DNA from: a virus
Taxonomy: Duplodnaviria; Caudoviricetes
Reading direction: 5' to 3' (one strand)
Virus record (IMG/VR): IMGVR_UViG_3300020577_002532
Location: 4,345-68,344 of that record
Length of the DNA stretch: 64,000 bases
The position numbers were made by a program, and so were the translations under genes. This document shows, one piece after another, positions 46,082-54,874 of this stretch; position 1 is the stretch's first letter; each line of letters opens with the position of its first letter. The notes under the pieces are model-generated. The model had not been told where the DNA came from. It was given only the letters and a program-made list of their open reading frames with translations, and searched no databases.

Positions 46082-47485
46082 TTGTTAGACTACTACGAAT
46101 TGCGGAAGAAGGTTGCTGGGATCATTCCCAGAATGACTCAGTTGGTGATGAAGAAGAAGCACACGGCGGCTGTCCAAGAGAAGGGACGCAAGGCTGGGTA
46201 CCGGGAGTTTAAGCTTGGACAATGCGAGTGGGTTAAACAGGAACGTCTCCTGAATACCCAAGAGATCAACAGCTTTGCTGAAATATCCTGTCGGGCCCAA
46301 GCTTGCCCCATGCCCCTGAACTTGGACGTTTGGGACGGCTTGCTTTGTCCATACAACTGTCGGTACTGCTTTGCCAACGCCTTCCGGGCTTCCCTGTACA
46401 CGGCTTTCTTTGATAATTCCAAGACCATGGGAATCCGCCATTGTAACCCAGACATGTATAAGCGGGAGTTGGGGAAGCTGATGAAGTACCGGGGGAAGGA
46501 CCCCCATAGTATTTCCAACGATGTTGGGAAGGCTGTAGCCATGGACCTCCCCATGCGTCTGGGAATCCGGTTTGAGGACTTCTTGGATGAGGAGAAAGAG
46601 GCTGGGATCAGTCTCCAGCTCTTGAAGTATCTGTCCTCCCAGAGTTACCCAGTCATGATCAACTCCAAGAGTGCTCTGGTTGGGACTGAACCTTACGCCA
46701 AGGCCCTCTCTGGGAACAAGGGGAAGGCTGCTGTCCATACAACCCTCATCTCCAGTGACGACAAACTGTTGAAGGAATTAGAACCTGGTGCCCCGCCATA
46801 CAAGGACCGATTGGAGGCCATGGCGGCCTTGGTACAGGCTGGGGTACGGGTGGTGGCCCGAATTGAGCCTTTCCTCCCATTCATCAACGACAAGGAAGAC
46901 GATGTGAGGAAGTACATTGCGGACATGAAGCGAATAGGCGTTGGGCACATTACCTTCGACACCTACTCATACTCCGCCAACAACCCGGGCATCCGCCAAT
47001 CGTTCATCAACTCTGGGTTCGATTGGGAGCGGATATTCCTGATTGGGTGCGATTCTCAGGCCCTTGGGAGCCTTCTCTTGGGTTCTTTCATGGAGATGTT
47101 CCGCAAGGAGGGCTTCAGCTGCTCCACCTTTGATATGGGGAATGTCCCAACAAACGACCAACGGGTGTGTTGTGAGGTGGAGGACTGGTTCCCCAAGAGT
47201 GGGTTCAACTATGGGTGCTCCGTCTATGCGGCCCGATTTGTCCAAGCCTCCAAGAAGCCCGTCCGGTGGAGGGATTTCCAAGCTTGGGTGAACGAACATG
47301 GGGGCTTCCTGAGCCCAGCCTTGGAGATGGAGGTCCATCAGCTTTGGAACATGGAAGGGAATGAAGCATACTCCCACGCTTGGGCGCGGGGGATTGAGGC
47401 TTGTGGTTGGGAGAGGGATGGGATGGTTTGGCGATTCTCTCCCAAGGGAGATTTCAGGGAAGACCTTTTGGAGGGAATGCTGTGA
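46082..47485 (+). CDS. Radical SAM protein (SPL-like) 2
   Basis: CPYNCRYC, RLGIRFEDF, LEPGAP and RIEPF motifs; TTG start after GAGGAGG. Confidence 0.9.
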   Translation: MLDYYELRKKVAGIIPRMTQLVMKKKHTAAVQEKGRKAGYREFKLGQCEWVKQERLLNTQEINSFAEISCRAQACPMPLNLDVWDGLLCPYNCRYCFANAFRASLYTAFFDNSKTMGIRHCNPDMYKRELGKLMKYRGKDPHSISNDVGKAVAMDLPMRLGIRFEDFLDEEKEAGISLQLLKYLSSQSYPVMINSKSALVGTEPYAKALSGNKGKAAVHTTLISSDDKLLKELEPGAPPYKDRLEAMAALVQAGVRVVARIEPFLPFINDKEDDVRKYIADMKRIGVGHITFDTYSYSANNPGIRQSFINSGFDWERIFLIGCDSQALGSLLLGSFMEMFRKEGFSCSTFDMGNVPTNDQRVCCEVEDWFPKSGFNYGCSVYAARFVQASKKPVRWRDFQAWVNEHGGFLSPALEMEVHQLWNMEGNEAYSHAWARGIEACGWERDGMVWRFSPKGDFREDLLEGML

Positions 47486-47979
47486 AAAACACCATGATTC
47501 TTTCTGAAACAATCCCAACTTCCATCGTGGGAAAATGGGGGGAAAGTTTTGTACAAGCTATTTTGTTGGGGAAGGGATACCAAGCGGAAATTTGGAGAAA
47601 CCGGACTATAGATGTTTTTGCTTTCCGTGGGAGTTTGAGGTTGGGGTTTTCTGTAAAGGCCCGGAGAAGAAGTTTGATGGATGAAGAGGAGAGTATCAAC
47701 CTGTTTGAAAGTCCAGAGAATAGGCGTAAATTTGAAGAGGTTTGTTTTCTTCAAAATTGTGTACCTTGGATTGCTTGTGTGGTATCTTTTGAATTGGGAG
47801 GTACGGAAGTGTTTCTTATGCCTTTGAGTTACTATGATGAGAAATACAGAGGGAAGACTGGGCGGAAGATAGATGATCTGAAGATGGGGCTCAAGTACCG
47901 TCGTGCATACCCTTCTGACCCAAATGTAATTTGGGGAAGGATTCCCATAGATTGGTTGAAGAGAGGAGAACTACTGTGA
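47482..47979 (+). CDS. PD-(D/E)XK restriction-endonuclease-like nuclease
   Basis: GKWGESFV...IDVFAFR...FSVKARR; visibly AT-richer than its neighbours. Confidence 0.65.
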   Translation: MKNTMILSETIPTSIVGKWGESFVQAILLGKGYQAEIWRNRTIDVFAFRGSLRLGFSVKARRRSLMDEEESINLFESPENRRKFEEVCFLQNCVPWIACVVSFELGGTEVFLMPLSYYDEKYRGKTGRKIDDLKMGLKYRRAYPSDPNVIWGRIPIDWLKRGELL

Positions 47980-48728
47980 AACTTTCTAACCGATTGGAAG
48001 ACATTTTCGCCCACGCCGTTGCGCTCCAACAGAGCGGACGGCTGCGCTCCACCGTGTATTGTATTGGGAGGAAGGTCTTCATCCTGAACCAAGACCAAAC
48101 TGTCCTCCTCCGGTTCTTGCTCCGGGAGACGGACAAGATGGAGTTTGAGCATCCGGTATCCTTCGCTGCCAACGATTATGACTCCAAGGAAGTGGAGGAG
48201 CGGGATGGGAGGATTTGCTTCATCCAGAACGCTGCTGGGTTTGAGAGGGTGAAGTCTTGTCGGACGCCTTCCATGAGCCCAGAGGAGGTTCAGGCCCTCT
48301 TCAAAGGCTATGAGCTGTTCCAACAGAACCAAGTTGTTCTCCATAAAGACGTGTTGGGGTTGTTGGATGAAAGCCTATCTCATATTGAGTTCTCCGCCAA
48401 GGGTGGGGCTTTCAAGATTGTCCAGAGGAACATCTACTCTGGGAGTCATATTGAGCTGAAACGGGAGGAGGCCAAGGGCCTTGGGTTGAACGTGGTGGAG
48501 GATTCTTTGGAGGACTTCAAGCCCATAGGGTTGAGAACAGACGATTTCTTGGCCCTCTTTAGTTTTGTGGATAGCCTGACTTTCTACTTCCAGACGGGCG
48601 GGTTGGTCTGGGCCGAATCCAAGGATGCTAAGATGCCCTTGAGGGCATTGATTTCCAAGTGTAAGTACGATGAACTGGGAGGAACGGATCATGGGAGGCA
48701 AGAGCAGGAAGACCGGGGGAGTGAGTAG
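47976..48728 (+). CDS. Hypothetical protein (250 aa; sliding-clamp-like fold possible)
   Basis: AGAGGAG RBS; alternating alpha/beta pattern; fold call is speculative. Confidence 0.55.
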   Translation: MKLSNRLEDIFAHAVALQQSGRLRSTVYCIGRKVFILNQDQTVLLRFLLRETDKMEFEHPVSFAANDYDSKEVEERDGRICFIQNAAGFERVKSCRTPSMSPEEVQALFKGYELFQQNQVVLHKDVLGLLDESLSHIEFSAKGGAFKIVQRNIYSGSHIELKREEAKGLGLNVVEDSLEDFKPIGLRTDDFLALFSFVDSLTFYFQTGGLVWAESKDAKMPLRALISKCKYDELGGTDHGRQEQEDRGSE

Positions 48729-48766
48729 AGCATTGATCAATCGGATCAAGCAAGGAGGAAAGACCT

Positions 48767-49573
48767 GTGGAAAACCTAAACCCCAACCTCAAACCGGAGG
48801 ACTTCTGGGCTCTTCTGGAGCAAAGCCCTCTGGTACCTAACTTCTGGATGACGGAAGAATACGTCCAGAGGAAGGGCCTTCAGTGGGTGGAGGAGGACGG
48901 GGAGTGGGGTTGGCAGGAGTTGGAGGAGGGGGGTTGGATTTTCCCTCCCATTCACAACACTGGTCCCAACCTGTTTGGGTTTGATTTGAAGGCCCCATGT
49001 TGGGCTGGGTTCTTGGTAAAGGCCATGGACGTTTCTTGGGACCAAGCCATGAACATGTTGGACCAACAATTCATTTACGACCCCAAGCAGTTTATGGACC
49101 TCACTGGGAGCCGGTGGAAGGTATTCCGCAAGAATGTTCGGAAATATCCTGACCGATTCCCAGGCTTTCTTGAGTACAAGTCCATCCAGCCCGGGGAGTA
49201 TGATCTGGAGCTTACAGAGATGCTTCTCAATTGGGCCGGCGCCAAGGAGGTCCAAGACAACGAAGTCATGGTGGACTACCTTTTCAATGGGAACCAACGT
49301 TGGGGCCTGTTCCGGGATGGGAAGCTGGAAGGGGTGAATGTGGCGGATGAGAACCATAAACACCTCATCTTCCGGTACTGTCTGGATTGTGGTATCCCAT
49401 TCCTCAACGAGTATCTGCGTTGGAAATTCTACACGGACCCATACGTTCAAAGTTCTGGGAAGCTGGTGAACGATGGGGGAAGCTTGGGAAGTCAAGGTCT
49501 GTTTACCTTCAAGATGAAGTTGAATCCGGTTGAAGTCTACCATGTAGTCACCACTCTCAAGAAAGGGGTGTAA
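48767..49573 (+). CDS. DUF2156-like / aaPG-synthase C-terminal GNAT-fold protein
   Basis: KVFRKNVRKY, GKLEGVN and LVNDGGSLGSQGLFTFKMKLNP parallel the DUF2156 ..IN..EDLG..GLR..K.S..P pattern. Confidence 0.55.
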   Translation: MENLNPNLKPEDFWALLEQSPLVPNFWMTEEYVQRKGLQWVEEDGEWGWQELEEGGWIFPPIHNTGPNLFGFDLKAPCWAGFLVKAMDVSWDQAMNMLDQQFIYDPKQFMDLTGSRWKVFRKNVRKYPDRFPGFLEYKSIQPGEYDLELTEMLLNWAGAKEVQDNEVMVDYLFNGNQRWGLFRDGKLEGVNVADENHKHLIFRYCLDCGIPFLNEYLRWKFYTDPYVQSSGKLVNDGGSLGSQGLFTFKMKLNPVEVYHVVTTLKKGV

Positions 49574-49574
49574 G

Positions 49575-50018
49575 ATGTGGTCCAAGGTCATTCCCAATCG
49601 GAAGGAAGTGATATCCACCCTTTGGACAATCATCGCTGAGAATCCCAACTTGAAGGACGTTGATGGGGTGTTGGTATTCCCTCCGGTTCCATACCCCAAG
49701 TTCCAGTTGGAGAATTACAACCATTGGAACCTCCCAGAGAATGTGAAGGTGGCGTTGGCCAAGGCCCTTACTCACCGGGAAAGCCGGGGAGCTTTGGTGG
49801 CCACGGCCAAGGCTCAGTGGTTCATAGCGGCCACGGGTTCCAACTACCAAGAGATGTTTGAGAAGTTCTTTTGTTATGGGGAGGCCCAAGGGTTGTTTGA
49901 GAGTGGTTCAGAGCCTATCCCACTACCCAGTTGGTGGGGAAAGACGTGGGGAGTGGAAGGAACCGTGGAGGAGCAGAAGGCCCGGAGCAGGAAAACATTC
50001 TGGACCCACCAAGGATAG
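49575..50018 (+). CDS. Hypothetical protein
   Basis: The ORF is coupled to the previous gene; no motif recognised. Confidence 0.6.
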   Translation: MWSKVIPNRKEVISTLWTIIAENPNLKDVDGVLVFPPVPYPKFQLENYNHWNLPENVKVALAKALTHRESRGALVATAKAQWFIAATGSNYQEMFEKFFCYGEAQGLFESGSEPIPLPSWWGKTWGVEGTVEEQKARSRKTFWTHQG

Positions 50019-50051
50019 TCCTGGTGGGAACAATAGCTGAGGAGAAGTCCC

Positions 50052-51062
50052 ATGAAAGTCAAGCGTGAAGAATTGCTTCAATCCCTCCAATTTGCTCGGT
50101 TGGGGCTTTCCAACCGGGGAGAAACGTTGGAACAGTCCAATTCCTACGTCTTCAAGGATGGGAAGTTGGTTACGTTCAATGATGAGATTCTTTCCCGGTG
50201 TACCAGCCCTTTGGGCGACCTCCAAGCGGCTGTGTTGGCGGAAGAGTTTCTGACGCTGGTGGAAAAACTCCCGGATGAGGAGTTGGAGGTTGAGTTGAAG
50301 GGCAAGGAGATGGTGTTGGTTGGAACCCGGAGGAGTGCTGGGATCACGGCTTTCATTGAGATCCAGCTTCCCTTTGATGCCGTGCCGGCCCCAGAAAAGT
50401 GGTACAAACTTGGGGAGAAGACCTTTGGGATGCTCCAACAGGCTGCTCGCATCTGCTCCCGGGATGCTACCATGGAACTCACCACGGTGGTCCACGCCAC
50501 TCCCAAGCTGGTAGAATCCTGCGATAACTTCCGGTTGTTCCGGGCCACCATTGAAACGGGCTTCCCGGAGGAGGTTTTGATCCCAGCGGAATCCCTACTC
50601 AAGTTGGAGCCTTGGAAGGTGGTCTCCGTCAGCGTTGGGAAAGGTTGGGTACACTTCCGAACAGAAGACAAGACCCACGTTGTCTCCATCCGTTGCTCCC
50701 ACGAGAAGTACCATGGGAATCTGGATGTTCTCCTGACCTTGGGGAAGGACGCTGAGACGGTATCTCTCCCGGGTAACTTGGTAGAGATTGTGGAACGCTC
50801 CAGCGTTATGTTGGACGCTGAGCGTCCTGCCGTCCAAGTGAAGATGGAGGCTGGGAAGCTGACCTTGATCTCCCGGAAAGATACGGGTTGGTACAAGGAG
50901 ACCAAGAAAGTCAAGTATGAGGGGAAGCCCTTGGACTTTGAGGTCAACGCCAAGTTCCTGGTGGAGGTGTTTGGTCGTTCCAAGGATGTCCAGGTGGATT
51001 CCAAACGCCTCAAGTTGGTTACGGATGAAATTGAATTCGTTTCCGCTCTGAAGAGGGACTGA
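50052..51062 (+). CDS. DNA polymerase sliding clamp (beta-like)
   Basis: MKVKREELLQSL, VTFNDEI, three-domain length and FEVNAKFLVEV motifs. Confidence 0.8.
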   Translation: MKVKREELLQSLQFARLGLSNRGETLEQSNSYVFKDGKLVTFNDEILSRCTSPLGDLQAAVLAEEFLTLVEKLPDEELEVELKGKEMVLVGTRRSAGITAFIEIQLPFDAVPAPEKWYKLGEKTFGMLQQAARICSRDATMELTTVVHATPKLVESCDNFRLFRATIETGFPEEVLIPAESLLKLEPWKVVSVSVGKGWVHFRTEDKTHVVSIRCSHEKYHGNLDVLLTLGKDAETVSLPGNLVEIVERSSVMLDAERPAVQVKMEAGKLTLISRKDTGWYKETKKVKYEGKPLDFEVNAKFLVEVFGRSKDVQVDSKRLKLVTDEIEFVSALKRD

Positions 51063-51157
51063 TGGGACCGTGGGGAGTCAGCGGTTTGGCCATGCGTGCC
51101 CTACCTTGCCCTGTGTGGGCGAATACCGCTGACCCCACTCTTGAGAAGGAGAATGCC

Positions 51158-52351
51158 ATGGGTTTCTTTAGTCCTTCCTCTTGGCAGTTGAAAGAGAAAA
51201 TCCAATCCAAGATTGCTCGGTGCGGTCAGTGCGGCCTTGGGAAGAAGTGTTACAGCCCACGGATGGGAGTCACTGGGAAGGGAAACCGGAAGGTGTTGTT
51301 TGTGGCGGAAGCCCCCGGGGAGCAGGAGGACCGGCAAGGGACCCAGCTGGTGGGAGACGCTGGGAAGTGTCTCCGCAGGATTCTCAAGGGCGTGGGGATG
51401 GATTTGGAGGAGGGCTGGAAGACCAACGCTGTGATTTGCCGGCCTCCAGAGAACAAGATGAACCCATTGTATATTGAGTGTTGCAGGCCTTTTCTACTGG
51501 AGACCATCCAGAAGCTGGCCCCCAAGGTGATCGTGTTGCTAGGTGGCAGCGCGGTGGAAAGTTTGGTGGCTCCCATCTGGAAGAAGGATTTGGGACCTTT
51601 GGAGAGGTGGGTGGGGTGGACGATTCCATCTGGGGTTTACAACTCGTGGCTCTGCCCCACCTACCATCCGTCTTACATCCTTCGCTTGGGAGAGGATGAG
51701 TTGTTGGTAAAGATTGTCCAAGATCACTTGGAGAGGGCTTTGGCTTTGGAGGATGAGCCTATCCAGATACCCACTTTGGAGTCCCTCAAATCCAAGGTGG
51801 AGGTTATCCATAAGCCTCGGGAAGCCCGATTGAGACTCAAGGATTTGGCGACCAAGGAGGGCCTTCTGGCGTTTGATTATGAGACCACCGGCCTGAAGCC
51901 GGAACGGCCTGAACAACGGATAGTGTCCGTATCATTTTGCTTGGACGGGAAGGACACTTTTTCTTGCAAGCTGGGACCGAATGTGGATAGGCTGGTTTCG
52001 GCTGTGCTATCGAACAGGAAACTGGGTAAGATAGCCAGCAATCTGAAGTTTGAGGAACGCTGGACCAGAGTTAAACTGGGCCACCCCGTTCAGAACTGGG
52101 TTTGGGATACGATGCAGGCGGCTCACATCTTGGACAACCGTCCGGGGGTCACCTCTATCAAGTTCCAAGCTTTCCTTCACTTTGGGGTGGCTGATTACAA
52201 TTCTGGGGTGGATGATTACTTGAAGGCGGATGGGGCTAATGGGATCAACCGGATAGATCAGTTGGACGATCAGGACCTTCTGATGTATAACGGGTTGGAT
52301 TCCCTGTTGGAGTTCATGGTGGCGAAAAAACAGATGGAGGCAATGGTATGA
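51158..52351 (+). CDS. Family-4 uracil-DNA glycosylase + 3'-5' exonuclease (N-terminal half of a split PolA)
   Basis: CGQC, VAEAPGEQED, NAVICRPP and TYHPSY in the UDG part; AFDYETTG, SNLKFE and DTMQAAH in the exonuclease part. Confidence 0.88.
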   Translation: MGFFSPSSWQLKEKIQSKIARCGQCGLGKKCYSPRMGVTGKGNRKVLFVAEAPGEQEDRQGTQLVGDAGKCLRRILKGVGMDLEEGWKTNAVICRPPENKMNPLYIECCRPFLLETIQKLAPKVIVLLGGSAVESLVAPIWKKDLGPLERWVGWTIPSGVYNSWLCPTYHPSYILRLGEDELLVKIVQDHLERALALEDEPIQIPTLESLKSKVEVIHKPREARLRLKDLATKEGLLAFDYETTGLKPERPEQRIVSVSFCLDGKDTFSCKLGPNVDRLVSAVLSNRKLGKIASNLKFEERWTRVKLGHPVQNWVWDTMQAAHILDNRPGVTSIKFQAFLHFGVADYNSGVDDYLKADGANGINRIDQLDDQDLLMYNGLDSLLEFMVAKKQMEAMV

Positions 52352-53772
52352 TCCCATACTCCCGGGATGCTTACAAGCTGATGCACGAGGGTTCCATAGC
52401 CTTGGCCCAGATGGAAACCAACGGGATTTGCGTGGATACGGATTACTTGTCCAAGGCTATCCGTCGCACCACCCGGAAGATCAAACGCCTTCAGGAAGCC
52501 CTTTCCCAGTCGGAAGTGGCCAAGGCTTGGAAGAGGACTTTTGGGCCCAAGACCAACCTGAACTCCACGGATCAGTTGGGAAGGGTGTTGTTTGAAGTAA
52601 TGAAGTTTGATTGTACTTCCCGGACGGCTTCCTTGAAATACAGTACGGATGAGAAGTCCTTGGCCCAAGTGAACCATCCATTTGTCCAAGACTACCTCAA
52701 GGTGAGAAAACTCCAGAAGAGTTTGGGGACCTATTTGTTGGGAATTCAGAGGGAAGTGGTTGATGGGAAGGTCCACCCCAACTTCTCTCTTCACTTGGTA
52801 CGCACCTTCCGGTCTTCCTCAGACAACCCCAACTTCCAGAACATGCCTATTCGCAATCCCGATATTGGGAAACTGATTCGGCAAGCTTTCAAATCCCGTC
52901 CGGGCCATCGGTTGGTAGAATCCGATTACAGTGGGATTGAGGTTAGTATAGCAGCTTGCTACCATCAGGACCCAACAATGCATACGTATCTCCGGGACAA
53001 GACCAAGGACATGCACCGGGATATGGCTATGGAGTGCTACAAACTTCCTCCAGAGGAAGTGAAGGCCCTTCCCAACGATAAGGATGATGCCAAGCGGATC
53101 AAGACCATTCGCTATTGTGGGAAGAATATGTTTGTGTTCCCACAGTTCTATGGGGATTGGTATATCGAATGCGCCCGGAATCTTTGGGAGGCTATCCAGA
53201 CTATGGGCCTCCATCTCCGGGATGGAACCAGCTTGGAGGACCATCTCAAGGCCCAAGGGATCAGGCGTCTGGGGGCTTTGGACTTCAAGGAGAAGCCTGT
53301 TGCTGGGACTTTTGAAGCCCATATCCAAGCCGTTGAGAAACGGTTCTGGGAAAAGCGTTTCCCGGTGTATGCCCGTTGGAAGCGGAAGTGGGTGGAAGAG
53401 TACCGGGAGAAGGCTTGGATGTTGACCAAGACGGGCTTTATTTGTCAGGGATGGCTGAAGAAGAATGAGATCATTAACTATCCGGTCCAAGGCTCTGCTT
53501 TCCATTGTCTCCTTTGGGCCCTCACCCAGATTCAGTTGGAGTTGAACCGGAGGAAGATGAAGACCTTGTTGGTGGGACAAATCCATGATTCTCTACTCGC
53601 TGACGTACCAGAGGAGGAGATGGATGAATATATGGATTTGTCCCACCAGATTATGGTTCCGGGATTGATGAAGCATTGGAAGTGGATTAATGTTCCTCTG
53701 GAGACAGAGGCGGAAGCTACACCGGTTGGGGGAAGTTGGTTCCAGAAGGAGGTTTGGAAGAATGGGTCCTGA
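52348..53772 (+). CDS. DNA polymerase family A, polymerase domain
   Basis: SDNPNFQNMP, motif A DYSGIE, motif B KNMFVFPQFYG, NYPVQG and motif C QIHDS. Confidence 0.95.
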   Translation: MIPYSRDAYKLMHEGSIALAQMETNGICVDTDYLSKAIRRTTRKIKRLQEALSQSEVAKAWKRTFGPKTNLNSTDQLGRVLFEVMKFDCTSRTASLKYSTDEKSLAQVNHPFVQDYLKVRKLQKSLGTYLLGIQREVVDGKVHPNFSLHLVRTFRSSSDNPNFQNMPIRNPDIGKLIRQAFKSRPGHRLVESDYSGIEVSIAACYHQDPTMHTYLRDKTKDMHRDMAMECYKLPPEEVKALPNDKDDAKRIKTIRYCGKNMFVFPQFYGDWYIECARNLWEAIQTMGLHLRDGTSLEDHLKAQGIRRLGALDFKEKPVAGTFEAHIQAVEKRFWEKRFPVYARWKRKWVEEYREKAWMLTKTGFICQGWLKKNEIINYPVQGSAFHCLLWALTQIQLELNRRKMKTLLVGQIHDSLLADVPEEEMDEYMDLSHQIMVPGLMKHWKWINVPLETEAEATPVGGSWFQKEVWKNGS

Positions 53773-53932
53773 GCCAAACAAACATGTGGAGTTGGCTTTT
53801 CGGGAGTTGGCGATCACTTTGGGAAACGCCAAAGCGTATGAACGCCAAGGACGGGTTGCCTTGGCCGCCAAGTACTGGGATCAAGCCCGGGCGGTTGTCG
53901 ATTGGTTGAATAGTGGGAAGAAGAAAGGATGA
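53762..53932 (+). CDS. Hypothetical protein
   Basis: AAGGAGG RBS; helical 56 aa. Confidence 0.5.
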   Translation: MGPEPNKHVELAFRELAITLGNAKAYERQGRVALAAKYWDQARAVVDWLNSGKKKG

Positions 53933-53935
53933 GCC

Positions 53936-54844
53936 ATGGAACTTTACAAGAAGCATCGACCAAGGGCATTGAAGGCGGTGATGGGGGCCGAACAGACCTG
54001 CGCGGCCTTGACCAACATGTTGGAGAAGGGGACACTTCCACACACCATCCTCTTCCACGGCCCATCTGGGTGTGGAAAGACTACGTTGGCCCGGATTCTC
54101 AAGACCGGACTCAACTGCCACGACATGGATTACAAGGAATTAAACTGCTCAGACTTCCGTGGGATTGATACCATCCGGGAAATTGCCCGTCTGATGAACT
54201 TGGCTCCCACCGGGGGAGACTGCCGGATATGGCTTCTGGATGAGGTCCACCAGTTGTCCAAAGACGGCCAGAATGCGGCGCTGAAGATGTTGGAAGATAC
54301 TCCTCCGCATGTTTACTTCTTCCTGTGTACCACTGATCCCCAGAAACTCCTCAAGACGATCCAGACCAGGTGTTGCGAGATGCCGGTCAGACTTCTTACC
54401 CATGAGGAGTTGGAGGAATTGGTGAAGAAAGTGTGTCGCCGGGAGAACCTGACCGTGACGGAGGACGTTCTGGATGAGATTGTAACTTGCTCTCAGGGAT
54501 CAGCCCGGACGGCTCTGGTGCTTCTGGACAAGGTGGTAAACCTGAAGGCTGAGGAGCAGGTCCAAGCCATCCAACAGAAGCTGGCGGAGGAGAACGAAGC
54601 AATTGAGCTTTGCCGCGCCCTCCTCCAGAAGAAAGATTGGGGAACAGTGACGGCTATCCTCAAGAATCTCAAAGGAGAACCAGAAGCCATTCGCCATGCG
54701 GTTCTGGGGTATTCCCGGGCTGTTCTTCTCAACAAGAAGGACACCCAAGCCTTCATGGTCATTCAGGCCTTCCGGGACAACTTCTATGACTCCAAAGGCC
54801 CGGGCTTGGTGGCGGCTTGTTTTGAAGCCTTGTACTCCCAATGA
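53936..54844 (+). CDS. Clamp loader AAA+ (DnaX gamma/tau-like)
   Basis: LYKKHRP, GPSGCGKTT, LDEVH, TIQTRC and GSARTAL motifs. Confidence 0.92.
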   Translation: MELYKKHRPRALKAVMGAEQTCAALTNMLEKGTLPHTILFHGPSGCGKTTLARILKTGLNCHDMDYKELNCSDFRGIDTIREIARLMNLAPTGGDCRIWLLDEVHQLSKDGQNAALKMLEDTPPHVYFFLCTTDPQKLLKTIQTRCCEMPVRLLTHEELEELVKKVCRRENLTVTEDVLDEIVTCSQGSARTALVLLDKVVNLKAEEQVQAIQQKLAEENEAIELCRALLQKKDWGTVTAILKNLKGEPEAIRHAVLGYSRAVLLNKKDTQAFMVIQAFRDNFYDSKGPGLVAACFEALYSQ

Positions 54845-54874
54845 AACCGATAGTAAAGGCAGGAGGAAGTAGCC

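Noticed and set aside
43117-47485. Calling the radical SAM genes spore photoproduct lyase (splB) or queuosine/7-deazaguanine genes
   Set aside because: Only the general SPL-like motifs are visible. There are no QueC, QueD, FolE or DpdA genes, so a specific symbol is unsupported.
333-53772. Inteins or group I introns in terL, helicases, RecA or PolA
   Set aside because: Protein lengths and motif spacing are normal. No C/S...HN splice junctions or LAGLIDADG/HNH inserts were seen.
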